Notes: generated by a model from the letters alone, not told the origin. Positions 40,660 through 52,452 are shown, numbered from the stretch's first letter. The stretch: 64,000 bases of DNA from a bacterium (GCA_049472315.1 JBLIRN010000001.1:128001-192000), one strand, 5' to 3'. A program made the numbers and translations.

Positions 40660-41748
40660 CTAATGGCATGAACCATTCCGACTCCCGTTCACCAGTTGCA
40701 CCAGCATGGAGGAAATCTCCCGGGGCGAAAGCACATAATGGACACCGCCCAGCCGTATCGCCTCTCCCGGCATGCCGTGTACCACCGAACTCTCCTTATC
40801 CTGGGCGATGGTGACCGCACCGTTGTCCTTCATCATCTTGAGTTCAATTGCACCATCCGTCCCCATGCCGGTGAGCAGCACTCCGATCGCCTTTTTCCCA
40901 TAGTTCTCCGCGATGCTCCGGAAGAGGAACGACACCGCGGGTCGCAGACTCATCTCGGGCGGGGCATCGCTCAGGATGATTTTCCCCTTGGAGTTCACTC
41001 CCATATGAGTACCACAGGGCGCAAAATAGACATGTCCGTACATGATGGAATCCCCATGATTCGGGATATGCACCGGTATCCTTACATGTTTTTTCAACCA
41101 CTCCACCATTCCCTGAAGGAATCCGTCGCTTATGTGCTGAACCACCAGGACGGGACACACAAAATTGTTCGGAATACCCGAAAGTATGTTTTCTATAACC
41201 GGGGGACCGCCGGTCGATGCCCCGATCGCCACGATCTCTATCCCGGATGTCACCACGGTGGGTTCTATGATCTTGCGCTGAATGGTTGCCGTGGCATTGG
41301 AGGTCCCGCCAGGGGAATCGCTCGATCGTGAGTATTTGGCAAATCGCCTGACAACCCGTACCTCCGACATGAGCTTTACCGTTTGAACAAATTTCCCTGC
41401 CATGTCCTCGCCGGCGCTGCCGCCCCGCGGCTTTCCTATGGCTGCGACTGCCCCCGATTCCATGGCCCGAAATGCCTCCCCGACCACCTCCATTGTCCAG
41501 CTTGCGCTGACCGCCACAATGGGAACCGGATAGGACTCCATGATCCTTTGCGTTGCCTCGTTCCCATTCATCTTCGGCATGTAGAAATCCATCACCACCA
41601 CATCCGGATGGGTATGCTTCACCTTTTCAATGGCCTCCTCTCCATCTTCGGCCATACCTACCACATGGAAATCACCGGTTGCCTGGAGGAGGTATCTGAG
41701 ATATTCCCGTGCGGTCAGTGAATCATCTACAATGAGGACCTTTTTCAT
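40660..41748 (-). CDS. cheB: REC-methylesterase (CheB/WspF)
   Basis: VDDS receiver; GASTGGP, VVQHI, RPAVS, LLTGMGTDGA. Confidence 0.95.
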   Translation of the reverse strand: MKKVLIVDDSLTAREYLRYLLQATGDFHVVGMAEDGEEAIEKVKHTHPDVVVMDFYMPKMNGNEATQRIMESYPVPIVAVSASWTMEVVGEAFRAMESGAVAAIGKPRGGSAGEDMAGKFVQTVKLMSEVRVVRRFAKYSRSSDSPGGTSNATATIQRKIIEPTVVTSGIEIVAIGASTGGPPVIENILSGIPNNFVCPVLVVQHISDGFLQGMVEWLKKHVRIPVHIPNHGDSIMYGHVYFAPCGTHMGVNSKGKIILSDAPPEMSLRPAVSFLFRSIAENYGKKAIGVLLTGMGTDGAIELKMMKDNGAVTIAQDKESSVVHGMPGEAIRLGGVHYVLSPREISSMLVQLVNGSRNGSCH

Positions 41749-41765
41749 CGTACTCCCCTCATGGT

Positions 41766-44207
41766 TCAGCTAAGCCTCTTGACCACCTCAAGAAGATTGC
41801 TCTGGTCAAACCCGCTTTTTACAATGTAGGCGTTTGCTCCTACATCGATCCCTCGTTCCTTGTCTTCGCGCGACTCAAGGCTCGTACACAGGATCACCGG
41901 AATTCGTGCAAGCCCCTTGTCGCTGCGTATCTTTGCGGTCAATTCAAAACCGTTCATATTGGGCATCTCAACGTCGGAGACCACCAGGTCGACTGCCTCC
42001 ACCTTCAACGCATTGTACCCGTCAAGGCCATCGGAGGCCGTCCTGACCGAATAGCCTGACGATTCCAGGATATTCTTTATGAGCATGCGCGAGGTTATGG
42101 AATCCTCCACGACCAGTATGCTTTTTTTCTGGGTGTCTGCTTGGGTTTCGTCGATTTCTATTCCGGATGAGATAAACTTCACCTTCATGGCGGATTTGAT
42201 GAGATCCTGCGCATTGAGGATTGGTACCACCTCACCCGATCCGAGCACCGTTGCCCCGGCGATATTTCGCACCCTGCTGAGCTGTTTTCCCATCCCCTTC
42301 ACCAGGACCTCTTGCTCGGTCAATACCTCGTCGATCTTGAAGGCGATCTGTCGTTCATCAATCCCCAGCACCATCACGGTGATATAATCCTTTTCCTCTT
42401 CTATCTGGTTCTTGCGCGCGATATCCAGCACATCCGCCAGATCAACCAGGGAAAGGGTTTTGCCTTTGAGGGGGATCGTGGCCTTATTCTCCACGGTGCG
42501 CACCTCATCCTTCTTGACCCTCAGCACCCGTTCAACATGAGACGTCGGTACCACAAACAGGCCATCCGTGACCCGCACCAGGATCCCCTTAAAGGTGGCC
42601 ATGGTGACCGGGAGGAGCATCCTGAAGGTGGTGCCCTTCCCGGGGACGGTTTCCAAAGAGAGCGATCCGCCGAGTTGCTCCACCTTTTCCTGAACGATGG
42701 CCAGGCCCAACCCCCTTCCCGAAATCTGGGTTATCATCGGGCTTGTGCTCACTCCGGATCGGAAGATGAGGGAGAGGGCCTCGTGCTCGCCCATGCCCTT
42801 TGCCTCCTTCTTGGATATGATTCCCTTTGCCACCGCCTCCTCTTTGACCCGTTCGGATTCGATCCCGTCTCCGTCATCCGAGAAGATGATCTCCACCTTG
42901 TTCCCCTCGGTCTGGACCACGGTCAGGGCAATGGTGCCGTGTCTGGGTTTTCCCGCCCCCTCCCGCTCTGCCGGATCCTCCACCCCGTGATCTATGGAAT
43001 TGCGCAAGAGATGGATGATGGGATCCTTCAGTTCCTCGAGTATACGCCGGTCTATTTCGATATCCCCCCCCTGAATCTTCAGGTCAACCTCTTTCCCCTG
43101 ATTCCGTGAGAGATCCCGTATCATTCTCGGCAGAATCTCAAAAAGGGTGGAGAAGGGGAGCATGGTCACCATCTTCATGTCGTCGAGCAGATCGTCCACC
43201 ATCCTGCCCAGGGAGTGGTGGTTGTGCTCCGCCGCCTGGACCAGGGTGCGGATCTTTCGTTCAAGGGCCTGAATATACTCCTGGTTCCAGTCAAGAAGAT
43301 GTGAAAACTCCACCCAGGATGCATGACTGAAACCACCCGTTTCATCCTTTTGTACCATCTTACTCAGGATGCGCAGCTCCGATTCGAGTTTCGCCCATTT
43401 CTTTTTCCACAGTTCGAAGGATTGCAGCATGTCGTGCAGATTCATCAATTGCTGGCTTTCGGCAAGCTTGAGGAGTATGAGCTCCTCCGCCTTCAGCATG
43501 AGGGTATCCAATTTTTCGGTGGCGATCCTCACCGTTCCCGAGATCAACCGTCTGCTCTTGCCAGACTGCACACTCTGAGGGGTGGGCTCCTCAGGTGTTG
43601 ATTTTGCCTGGGGTTTGCCGGACACCTCCTGCCGCTCCTCCGATTTCTGGGGATCTGTCGTCTTTTCCTGTCCTTCACCAATTGATGCGCACCTTTTCGG
43701 GGCAGGGGCGCCGCTCGGTGCACCCCTTTCATCAGGTGCGCGGTTTTGATCATCCCCTTTCTGTTCCTTTGCCGTCTCCTGTTTTGGGCCGTTCCCGTTG
43801 CCGCCGATCAGATGATCGATGTCTTGTTTGATTGCTGCGATCTGATCCTGCAGGGATGCGTCAATCTCCTGGTTGGGATCGATCATGATATTTTCGATGT
43901 ATTCAACCGTGTGGTGGAGCGTATCGAAGAACTCGGGGGTGAGGGCAATCCCGCCCTGCTTCAACCCGGCGAAGACCCCCTCCATTGATTGACACAAGGT
44001 TTCTACGGCCGCCAGGTTAACCGCCCGCGCCGCACCTTTCAGGCTATGGGCCTCCCGAAAGATGACCTCTACAATAGGCTTATGTCGATCCGGTGTTGAT
44101 GCGGCATCTTCAAGCTCCACCAGGCTGGCGGAGATGCTCTTGAGACGCTCCTCTGCCTCGGATTTAAAGGCCTCCCTCAGCTTCCTGAGTAGTTGCTCCT
44201 CTTTCAT
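41766..44207 (-). CDS. cheA: Hybrid CheA-REC histidine kinase (WspE-like)
   Basis: Hpt FREAHSLKG; HLLRNSIDHG, DDGDG, SGRGLGL; CheW domain; C-terminal receiver VEDS..DVEMP. Confidence 0.95.
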   Translation of the reverse strand: MKEEQLLRKLREAFKSEAEERLKSISASLVELEDAASTPDRHKPIVEVIFREAHSLKGAARAVNLAAVETLCQSMEGVFAGLKQGGIALTPEFFDTLHHTVEYIENIMIDPNQEIDASLQDQIAAIKQDIDHLIGGNGNGPKQETAKEQKGDDQNRAPDERGAPSGAPAPKRCASIGEGQEKTTDPQKSEERQEVSGKPQAKSTPEEPTPQSVQSGKSRRLISGTVRIATEKLDTLMLKAEELILLKLAESQQLMNLHDMLQSFELWKKKWAKLESELRILSKMVQKDETGGFSHASWVEFSHLLDWNQEYIQALERKIRTLVQAAEHNHHSLGRMVDDLLDDMKMVTMLPFSTLFEILPRMIRDLSRNQGKEVDLKIQGGDIEIDRRILEELKDPIIHLLRNSIDHGVEDPAEREGAGKPRHGTIALTVVQTEGNKVEIIFSDDGDGIESERVKEEAVAKGIISKKEAKGMGEHEALSLIFRSGVSTSPMITQISGRGLGLAIVQEKVEQLGGSLSLETVPGKGTTFRMLLPVTMATFKGILVRVTDGLFVVPTSHVERVLRVKKDEVRTVENKATIPLKGKTLSLVDLADVLDIARKNQIEEEKDYITVMVLGIDERQIAFKIDEVLTEQEVLVKGMGKQLSRVRNIAGATVLGSGEVVPILNAQDLIKSAMKVKFISSGIEIDETQADTQKKSILVVEDSITSRMLIKNILESSGYSVRTASDGLDGYNALKVEAVDLVVSDVEMPNMNGFELTAKIRSDKGLARIPVILCTSLESREDKERGIDVGANAYIVKSGFDQSNLLEVVKRLS

Positions 44208-44572
44208 GCGGCACCTCGCACTGGTTTCTGGTCCTTCTCAAATGCACTCACCGCATCCTGAATGCTTCTCACCATACCCCTGAGCCTATCGAAGGTCTCT
44301 GCAGAAAGGGGGGATTCCCCCCGTTTCAATCCCCCGGCAAGGTCCTCTGCATACTGGCAGCAATGTTCTATATCCACCAGGTTGACCACCCTGGCGGCAC
44401 CCTTCAGGCCATGGACCTCACGGAAGATCATCTCCAGGAACGGCGTTTGCCTTTCAGGCGACGAGAGGACCCGCTCGAGTTCCTGTAACCCGGATACGAG
44501 CGCATCCATGCGCTCCTTTGCCTCAATAGCGAAGGCATCCCTCAATCTGCCGAGCAGCTCGCCGTTATTCAT
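44204..44572 (-). CDS. Stand-alone Hpt protein paralogous to the CheA P1 domain
   Basis: [18 protein letters not shown] 44572 overlaps the MCP stop, and its own stop overlaps the cheA ATG. Confidence 0.8.
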   Translation of the reverse strand: MNNGELLGRLRDAFAIEAKERMDALVSGLQELERVLSSPERQTPFLEMIFREVHGLKGAARVVNLVDIEHCCQYAEDLAGGLKRGESPLSAETFDRLRGMVRSIQDAVSAFEKDQKPVRGAA

Positions 44573-46469
44573 GGCGGCCCTCATTTCGTGAAGGCCTATT
44601 GGATGATGCCCCGGCAAGCTCCCTCATGGTGTGCATCAGATCCTCAATGCTGCGGGTTGCACCCTCCAATTCCCTTGTGCCGTTCATGTTCTGTATGCTG
44701 CCCTCCTTGATGATCTCCATGGCTGCAGCAAGCTGATCGGTGCCGATAAGCTGTTGCTTGCTCGACGCTGCGATCTGGGTGGCTGACTGGGCGGATCTGG
44801 TAATGCTGTCCGCCAGCTTCTGAATGGCGTCGCCTGCGAGTGCAGCCAGATTGGCCCCCTCTTCAACCGCCGTGTTCCCCCTTTCGGTGGACATAACCGC
44901 CTCTCCGGTGGCCTTTTGGATGTCATTCAGGATATTTCTCACCTGTTCGGTGGCCTTCATCGATTGATCCGCCAGATTCTTTACCTCCTGGGCGACCACG
45001 GCAAAACTCCTGCCATGTTCACCGGCCCTGGCAGCTTCAATGGAGGCATTGACCGAAAGGAGATTCGACTGGTCGGCAAGATCATTCACCGTATTGATGA
45101 TCTCTTCGATACTCTGGATCTGTTCGCTGAGGCGTACAATGCTCTCGGCAATCGACTCCATTTCCTCCCTGATATTGTTCATCCCTGAAAAGGCATCCTC
45201 GGTGGCCTTTTTCCCGGCATCGGATATCTGGGCCACCTGCATGGATGCCTCTGCCACCTGTTCGGCCTTTTCATTGGAGACGTGGGCCGTTTGTTTGACC
45301 TCCTCCACGGTAGTAGTGATTTCGCTTATCGAACTTGAGGTGTCTTCAGTAATATTGACCAGGCGGGTGACCGTCGATGAAATCTGGGCAATGGAGGCAG
45401 CAAGGGAATTGGTCGCCCCCATGAGCGGCTGCGCAATGGAGCGCGCCGCATATATACCGGCAAGGCAGGCGAGCATCGCAAGGATAATCCCCACCAGGAT
45501 GATCTGAAGCCTGAGCCCCTGCACCGGTGCAAAGGCCTCAGCCTGACTCATTTCCACAACGATCCCCCAGTCGAAATCGGTACCCAGGTCCTTATCCAAT
45601 GCTGCAGGGGAATAACAACTGAGCACCCTTTCACCCCGGTGGTTTTTGATGACCCTTCGTCCCTCCCCATGTGCCAGTAAATCGCGGGTTGCAGCCGTGT
45701 CGATACCTTGTTTCAGCACGCTGGTTTCGTTCTGAAATCGGGAATCGGAACGCATCAAGAGATCGGGCCCCACAAGATACCTCTCGCCGGTTCTTCCCAT
45801 CCCGGTATTGTCCCTCATGATGCGGTTTATTTGTTCGGTGTCGAGTTGCACAGCCACCACCGCCAGCACACCCCCTGTTCCATTAAAAACAGGTGCGGCC
45901 ATGAATGCCGCCGGTTTTCCTATAGGGTCATACTGAGCGAAATCAACCATATCATGGCTTCTCTTCTTCAGGACATTCCGAAAGAGGATACCGAGTCCGG
46001 AATCCTTATAGACACCATTCATCAGGCTGGTTCCAAGTTCCTGTCCCCTGCCGGCGGAATATAACACTCGCCCGGTGGAGGCTGATATTACATACATATC
46101 CCTGTAGCCGTAAACCTCCAAATGTTTTCGAAAGAGGGGATCGACATCCAGATACGCGGATTCATACTCGGATGAGGTCGTTTCCGCTCCCCTCCCATCA
46201 ACCAGGCCTTCCAGCAGGTTCAATGACCTTCTGGTTTCAGGATATTCAGATAGAAAATGAACATCCTGCATACGGTTTTCGAGAAAACGGAGCACCTGGT
46301 GCCGTGTGAGCTCCCTCACTGACGCAAGATGATCAAATGCCTCGTATCTCAATGCCCTTTTGGCATAGTGGAAGCTGATGATCGAAACGATGAAAAGCGG
46401 GACCAGGGCAACAACGAGGAACATCATTGTCAATCGTTTCATCAAGCTGCCCGCTGTTAACTTGATCAT
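44565..46469 (-). CDS. Methyl-accepting chemotaxis protein with a periplasmic Cache-like sensor (WspA-like)
   Basis: Two TM helices; [33 protein letters not shown]. Confidence 0.93.
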   Translation of the reverse strand: MIKLTAGSLMKRLTMMFLVVALVPLFIVSIISFHYAKRALRYEAFDHLASVRELTRHQVLRFLENRMQDVHFLSEYPETRRSLNLLEGLVDGRGAETTSSEYESAYLDVDPLFRKHLEVYGYRDMYVISASTGRVLYSAGRGQELGTSLMNGVYKDSGLGILFRNVLKKRSHDMVDFAQYDPIGKPAAFMAAPVFNGTGGVLAVVAVQLDTEQINRIMRDNTGMGRTGERYLVGPDLLMRSDSRFQNETSVLKQGIDTAATRDLLAHGEGRRVIKNHRGERVLSCYSPAALDKDLGTDFDWGIVVEMSQAEAFAPVQGLRLQIILVGIILAMLACLAGIYAARSIAQPLMGATNSLAASIAQISSTVTRLVNITEDTSSSISEITTTVEEVKQTAHVSNEKAEQVAEASMQVAQISDAGKKATEDAFSGMNNIREEMESIAESIVRLSEQIQSIEEIINTVNDLADQSNLLSVNASIEAARAGEHGRSFAVVAQEVKNLADQSMKATEQVRNILNDIQKATGEAVMSTERGNTAVEEGANLAALAGDAIQKLADSITRSAQSATQIAASSKQQLIGTDQLAAAMEIIKEGSIQNMNGTRELEGATRSIEDLMHTMRELAGASSNRPSRNEGRHE

Positions 46470-46490
46470 ATCGGTTTTCCTCCTCTGCGG

Positions 46491-47078
46491 TCATTCCATC
46501 TCTTCATGGACCACGATATCCTGGTCTGAAAGGATCCTTTCCCCACTCAAGATGACCAGCCGTTCGACGGTTACCCCTCTCAGATACTTCTCCTGAACTC
46601 CGGACAATGTCGGCAGCGAAGGCTGAATATCGGAGGTGGGTATGGAGCGCACACCGATTATTTCATCGGCGAGAATGCCGAATTCCTTGGCATCACTGTG
46701 CAGTATCAGGATCCGATTTACATCGGTGAATCCCCTTTCGGGAAGCCCAAAAAACCTCTTGAGGTCAATGATCGAGAGTATCTGCCCGCGAATGTTTATG
46801 ATGCCCAGGACATAGTCGGGCGTACAGGGAAGCGGGGTAAATGTCTTCAGGGGATAGATCTCGCGGATATAATCCAGCTCGAGGGCATACCGCTCGTGAG
46901 CCAGGAGAAATTCCACGACCTCCAGGTGCATTTCATCCCTCTCGATCCGATCCGCCTCTCTCCCCAATTCGCACGCCCTGGTCCGCAATATCTCCGCCTT
47001 TTCCTCCTCACTGATCGCGGACCCTTTATTCATCCGTTCCCTGACAGCCTCCAATCGCTCGCGAAGATCTTCCCTCAT
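46491..47078 (-). CDS. cheW: CheW (WspD-like)
   Basis: YALELDYIREI, LPCTPDYVLGIINIRGQILSIIDL. Confidence 0.9.
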   Translation of the reverse strand: MREDLRERLEAVRERMNKGSAISEEEKAEILRTRACELGREADRIERDEMHLEVVEFLLAHERYALELDYIREIYPLKTFTPLPCTPDYVLGIINIRGQILSIIDLKRFFGLPERGFTDVNRILILHSDAKEFGILADEIIGVRSIPTSDIQPSLPTLSGVQEKYLRGVTVERLVILSGERILSDQDIVVHEEME

Positions 47079-48670
47079 TCGGATCTCTCCTCCTTCATCA
47101 TGGATTGAACGACCTCCAAGAGCCTTCGTGCCTGTATCCCTTCGGAATAGGGCAAAACTTCCTCAGGGTTCATGGATTGAAGCAGGGTAAGGGCATTCTT
47201 GAAGTGCCTCCTGGATTCCTCGACCTTCCCCTGCCTTTGGGTGATATTCCCCAGGGCAAAATGGGCAAGGACAAAGTCCTGGTCAAGATACAGTGCCTTT
47301 TTGAGGGAGCTAATTGATTCATCCATCATCCCCTGTTCCTGGCAAATGGTTGCATAAAGGTAATAATGACCGGGTAGGAGTTTTTCCGCGTTAATCGCCT
47401 CCACGCACCATTTCTTTGCCTCTTCGAGCTTGCCCTGATTGGCATAGGCCCTTGCCAGAAGTGCCATAGAGCCCGGTTTAAGGGACATGCAATCGCCGAT
47501 GGAGTGGTAACGGGACACGATCTCATTGAGCTTCTGGGCCGCCTTGTCATAGAGCCCTTCGGCGTACAGGGTGAGGGCCTCGTGAATAAGATTCTGCTGC
47601 ACCTGTAACTCATCCTCCACCGCCCCCTGCTTATTATTCTTCTCATTTTGTATGAAATCCGAGACCTCAGAGGTGATGGCATTCTTGAGCTCCGCCTTCA
47701 CGGAATGATCGGATGGGGCCTTTCGTGCGATTGCAATGGGGGAGATGGAAAATCCCCGATCCATCCTGCCTCCTTGAATGACTTGATCGGAGATCGTCGA
47801 ACCCTGACCCGGGATTCTCTTCCTGAAAAGGATGGTACCGGGAAATTGAACGGGCGAGAGCGAGGGATGGTTGATGAGAGGGACTTCACTGGGGCTGAGT
47901 ATCAGCCAACCGTTTTCACCGAGCAGCCGGCAGAATCGTTCGATGATTTCCGTCCTCAACTCCTGGGCAAAGTACATCAGGACATTGCGGCAGAAGATGA
48001 CATCGAGTGCGTCAATGCCGCTGAGCACCGACGAGTAGCTCTTAAGCGCAAGATTGAGCTGAGAAAAGGTCACCATTCGTTTTATGCGGGGCAGCAATTC
48101 AAATGAATTCTCACCCGTTGACCGGAAATACTGCTGTTTTATCCATGCAGGGGCGTTTCTGAAGGACCAGCTTGTGTAGATTCCCTCTCCGGCCTTTTTT
48201 AGAAACACCTCGTTCAGATCGGTGGCCAGAAGCCTGATATGCCACCCCTCCCATCCGGGCAGCATCTGATCGATCAGCATTGCTATGGAATACGGCTCTT
48301 CACCGGTGCAGCATCCGGCGCTCCACAGATTGATCCTCTTCCCGGTGTTGTTTCGCTCGTAAATAAGCTCCGGGAGTATGATGTCTTTTATCGCCTGGAA
48401 CACGCAATTATCACGGAAAAAGAAGGTCTCACCGATGGTGAGGTTTTTGGTCAGTATATGGATTTCCCTTTGGGTCAGGGGCGAAGACAGCAGGGCATGG
48501 ATACCTGATTCCATGTCATTGAATCCCATTTCTTTGGACACCATTTCCATATTGCGCACCAGATCATTCCACCTGTTTTTGGGGAAATACAATCCGATAT
48601 GAGAAGCTATCAATTCGCTCAACCGGATAAGGAGCTTTTCCGGGATCTCCCTGGCCATATCACCTTTCAC
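47075..48670 (-). CDS. cheR: CheR methyltransferase with C-terminal TPRs (WspC-like)
   Basis: TIGETFFFRD, WSAGCCTGEEPYS, DVIFCRNVLMYF, C-terminal TPRs. Confidence 0.93.
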   Translation of the reverse strand: MKGDMAREIPEKLLIRLSELIASHIGLYFPKNRWNDLVRNMEMVSKEMGFNDMESGIHALLSSPLTQREIHILTKNLTIGETFFFRDNCVFQAIKDIILPELIYERNNTGKRINLWSAGCCTGEEPYSIAMLIDQMLPGWEGWHIRLLATDLNEVFLKKAGEGIYTSWSFRNAPAWIKQQYFRSTGENSFELLPRIKRMVTFSQLNLALKSYSSVLSGIDALDVIFCRNVLMYFAQELRTEIIERFCRLLGENGWLILSPSEVPLINHPSLSPVQFPGTILFRKRIPGQGSTISDQVIQGGRMDRGFSISPIAIARKAPSDHSVKAELKNAITSEVSDFIQNEKNNKQGAVEDELQVQQNLIHEALTLYAEGLYDKAAQKLNEIVSRYHSIGDCMSLKPGSMALLARAYANQGKLEEAKKWCVEAINAEKLLPGHYYLYATICQEQGMMDESISSLKKALYLDQDFVLAHFALGNITQRQGKVEESRRHFKNALTLLQSMNPEEVLPYSEGIQARRLLEVVQSMMKEERSE

Positions 48671-49135
48671 TCAATGGTACGTCTCGATAGCGGTTTTTAA
48701 TGTATCAATATCCCCGTTTGAAAGCAGGTTATCCAGACTGTAAATGAGCACCGTATTGTCCTTCAATTTCCCGACCCCATCGATGACATGATCCAGGTGC
48801 GGAAAGATTGTCTGGGCCCTGTCAACATGGTCTTCGGGTATCTCGACGACCCCTTCAACCGTATCCGCCACAAAGGCAATCGTGAGATCCGAGACATGGG
48901 AAATGACGATTCTGTCATTCAGGTCCAGTTCGCGCGAGGGCAGACTGAAATGCCTGCGGATATCGATCACCGGGATGATCGTGCCCTGCATATTGAGAAG
49001 ACCGAGGAGGATATCCTGCCCCTCCGGCAGGGGATGTAGTGCAACGGCACGGATGACCTTCTGGATACAGATAAGCCCCATGGCGTACCGCTTTTTGTCG
49101 AGGGTAAAGATGAGATACTGGTCTTCCAAATGCAT
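48671..49135 (-). CDS. cheW: CheW (WspB-like)
   Basis: LGLLNMQGTIIPVIDIR, FVADTVEGV. Confidence 0.9.
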   Translation of the reverse strand: MHLEDQYLIFTLDKKRYAMGLICIQKVIRAVALHPLPEGQDILLGLLNMQGTIIPVIDIRRHFSLPSRELDLNDRIVISHVSDLTIAFVADTVEGVVEIPEDHVDRAQTIFPHLDHVIDGVGKLKDNTVLIYSLDNLLSNGDIDTLKTAIETYH

Positions 49136-49588
49136 AACCTCGCTCCCCTCCCTTTTCTATCGAAGAACCCTGGCCGTTCTCTGGTATATGACTACAGAAA
49201 CCTATTGAAAGTACTCCTATTCCTATTATCTTTTCTTCGGTCATTTAACGAAAATCCTTTGACAGGAATACTCTTGGGCGGTACCCGCTCGTACAACCCC
49301 ACGGATCGCCCATGGACGGCATTGGGGGGATCGGAAACGCAGGTGAAGAAACCAGGCGTAAGTGACGATTATACAAACGTATCCATACGATAAGAGGAAT
49401 GCCTTCCGGCGGACCTTCCACCATGCGGTGGCTCACCATACCATACGCATGGTACGTATTATGGGCGTTTCCAGGAGGTCAATACTCTGTCGTGATTCGG
49501 CAACAAAGGCATTCGGGGCTACAGGGGTGTCATTGATCGTACAGGTTAATAACCACTGGTTACCGTTATCCATAAGAGGAGGACGTTT

Positions 49589-51469
49589 ATGAACAGGCTG
49601 CGCGGCGGGGATGGTCTTTTCGGTTGGTTCAGGAATATGCGATTGAAAACGAAGCTCTTGCTATCCGTTACACTCCTCATCATCCTGATAACGGTATCGA
49701 TCCTGGTGGCCGTAAATCGCGTCATAAACGAAAACATGCTCGCCAATAAACAAAAAACCGTGAAACACACCATAGCGAGCGTGGACTATCTCATTGAAGA
49801 ACGTATTAGCAGCCTCAAGCAATATGTCCTCTTTGCCACACAGGGGAAGGATTTCATGGATTCAATCAACCGTGCGTCCACCTTCAGGGAGTATAAAAAA
49901 ATAGGCGACCAGGCCCTCGCCCTCCAAAAGGAAATGTATGTTGAGCGTATCATGGTATGCAGTCCGGTGAATGGTGATACGTGCACGCTTATGGCCTGTA
50001 CGACGGGCGAAAAAAGGCCGGGGGACACCATCTCCACGCACCGCCTGTGTGTGGAATCCGAGGTCAAGGGGATTGCATCCGAACTCCTCGTCGAAGAGGG
50101 CGGTTTTAGCATCAAGGTGTGCAGGCAGATTACAAAGGGGGATGGCACGCTTGCCTTCGTGGTGGTTGATGATGTCATCGGGTCCGATTTGGTCAATAAC
50201 ATAGAGGCCACCACAGGGGCGGAAATCGCCTTTTTGTTGCACCGGGGCCCCAATGCAGGACGGGTCATCGCCTGCGCTCATCAGGGTCTGGTCGGCACGG
50301 AGATCAGCGGCGATGCATTCAGCACCATGCAGTCAACCCATTCCGTGACGTACCAGTCGAATTTTGTTGACGACGGCGAGGTGCACATGGCCGCCTTCAA
50401 GCCGATCTTCGGCAAGGACAATGAGATGATCGGCTCATTGATGATACTCGTCCACATGGATGACGTCCTCTACATGAAAAGCAATACGGTGAAGGCGATG
50501 TCTTCCATCGGCCTTGCCGCCGTTGCCATGGGAATCCTGGCTATCATCCTGCTCGTGAGGGGGATGATCAACCCGCTGCGACAGATCCTTTCCATCGCCC
50601 AGGCAATGGGGAAGGGAGACCTTACCCAACGGATAACGGTGGAAGGAGAGGATGAGATCGGACAGCTTGCCCAGACCTTTCGACAGATGCAGGAGAACCT
50701 CCTCATAATGGTACGGCAGATGAAGAGCGGGATTGAGCTCCTGGAATCCTCATCGGTAGAGCTTTCCACCTCAAGCAGGGAACAGGCCGATGGTTCGATG
50801 CAGCAATCATCCGCCCTCACCGAGACGTCCACCACGGTGGAGGAGTTGGCGGCAACCTCAAAACAGATTGCGGAAAATGCCCAGCAGGTGGCTGATCTGG
50901 CGCGACAGAGTCTCACGGGGATGGAGAATATACGGAACAATACGGATCAGGAGGCAAACAGGATCCTGACCCTGGGTGAAAAATCCCAGACCATCGGCGA
51001 GGTCGTGGCCATGATCGACGACATTGCCAAGCAGACCAATATCCTGGCCTTGAATGCATCGATCGAGGCTGAGAGGGCGGGGGATGCAGGCAAGGGATTC
51101 GCCGTGGTGGCCATAGAAATCAGGGAACTGGCGAACAACGTGGCAAAATCGACTAAACAAATCAGGGAGATCATAAAGGAGATACAAGACGCCACGAATG
51201 CCTCGGTAATGGCCACGGAAAATGTCGGCAAATCGGTTGAAGAGGGCATCGGACTCTCAAAGAGGGCTGCGGATTCCGCCAATCAAATCAGCATGGCAAC
51301 CCAGCAGCAGGGAAGCGCCACCAGCCAGGTGGTCACGGCGATCAAACAGATGAGCGATATCGTCGGTCAGACAACCGCAGGTGCTAATCAGATCGCCGAT
51401 ACCGCCCACATGCTGGTGGAACTGACCACCGAGCAGAAAAGGCTCATCGAGCAGTTCATCATAAACTGA
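49589..51469 (+). CDS. Methyl-accepting chemotaxis protein with Cache-like sensor and HAMP domain
   Basis: Two TM helices; HAMP (GDLTQRI..DEIGQLA..F); [38 protein letters not shown]. Confidence 0.93.
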   Translation: MNRLRGGDGLFGWFRNMRLKTKLLLSVTLLIILITVSILVAVNRVINENMLANKQKTVKHTIASVDYLIEERISSLKQYVLFATQGKDFMDSINRASTFREYKKIGDQALALQKEMYVERIMVCSPVNGDTCTLMACTTGEKRPGDTISTHRLCVESEVKGIASELLVEEGGFSIKVCRQITKGDGTLAFVVVDDVIGSDLVNNIEATTGAEIAFLLHRGPNAGRVIACAHQGLVGTEISGDAFSTMQSTHSVTYQSNFVDDGEVHMAAFKPIFGKDNEMIGSLMILVHMDDVLYMKSNTVKAMSSIGLAAVAMGILAIILLVRGMINPLRQILSIAQAMGKGDLTQRITVEGEDEIGQLAQTFRQMQENLLIMVRQMKSGIELLESSSVELSTSSREQADGSMQQSSALTETSTTVEELAATSKQIAENAQQVADLARQSLTGMENIRNNTDQEANRILTLGEKSQTIGEVVAMIDDIAKQTNILALNASIEAERAGDAGKGFAVVAIEIRELANNVAKSTKQIREIIKEIQDATNASVMATENVGKSVEEGIGLSKRAADSANQISMATQQQGSATSQVVTAIKQMSDIVGQTTAGANQIADTAHMLVELTTEQKRLIEQFIIN

Positions 51470-51549
51470 CCCACGAAAGACTCGCGCATATCCCGGAGGA
51501 AATCCCTCATCGGGCAAAACCCTCGTGCCCGCAATCCCGCTTCCGCTCG

Positions 51550-52452
51550 TCACCCTCCGAATCGCTCAAAGAGTTCAATGAATGCCTTCTGAATCGCCGT
51601 ATCGATAGTCCCCTTATTCTTGGCAACCGTTACCGTTTCACGGCCAAGGGCGCAATAGAGCGGGACATACGAGGGAATGGCCTGCGTTATGGCCTCGAGG
51701 TGAGTCCGTACCGTGCCGAGATCGCCGCGCATGATCGGACCGGTGAGTGCCTCGGGAATGCCCACGGCCTTTATATTCCGTATGGTCCCCTCAAAAAGGG
51801 GGGCCAGTGCCTGAATCCCGCTGCGGCGATCGATCCCTATCCGTTCATAGAGGGTCAGGCTGAAATTGATGAGGCCGACCAAAAAATTTGATGCCACTGC
51901 TGCGCCCGCATGGTAGAGCGGCTTATCATCGGTGCGGATCTCCAGTATCTCTCCCCCGAGGGCTTGCACGAGACCTCTGAGGACCGCCTTTGCCTCTTCG
52001 GAGCCCTCGATGCAGAAATATGAACCGGGAAGCACCGTAACGGCAAGTTCCCTGGTCGCACAACTCTGAAGTGGATGCACCGAGCCGATGGGATACCCTG
52101 CGTCTGCAGCCGATTGCAGGATCGAGGAGGGGTGTGCACCGCTGCAATGGGCGACAATCGCACCGGCCCTTACGAATCCTGCGACAACGATCCCTTCACA
52201 TACGTGCCGGATGACATCATCCGGGGTGGTGATGAGGACCATATCGGCATCCCTGATCCACGGCCCAGGGGCGTCCCGGGCAATGGAATCCCGGCCCAGA
52301 AAGGCCTCGGCCCTCCTGGCACTCTCCATGGTACGGCAGCAAAGGCCAATGACTTCATACCCCTTCTGCATGGCCAGGAAGGCGATGGCAGTGCCCACCC
52401 TCCCCGCGCCGATGATGGCAACCCGCTGTTGCACTGCGCTCATGCCTCTCAC
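51550..52452 (-). CDS. Rossmann-like plus DUF2520 oxidoreductase (PanG-like)
   Basis: IIGAGRVG, ITTPDD, HCSGA, VHPLQS, YHAGAAVASN, ALTGPIMRGD. Confidence 0.85.
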   Translation of the reverse strand: MRGMSAVQQRVAIIGAGRVGTAIAFLAMQKGYEVIGLCCRTMESARRAEAFLGRDSIARDAPGPWIRDADMVLITTPDDVIRHVCEGIVVAGFVRAGAIVAHCSGAHPSSILQSAADAGYPIGSVHPLQSCATRELAVTVLPGSYFCIEGSEEAKAVLRGLVQALGGEILEIRTDDKPLYHAGAAVASNFLVGLINFSLTLYERIGIDRRSGIQALAPLFEGTIRNIKAVGIPEALTGPIMRGDLGTVRTHLEAITQAIPSYVPLYCALGRETVTVAKNKGTIDTAIQKAFIELFERFGG

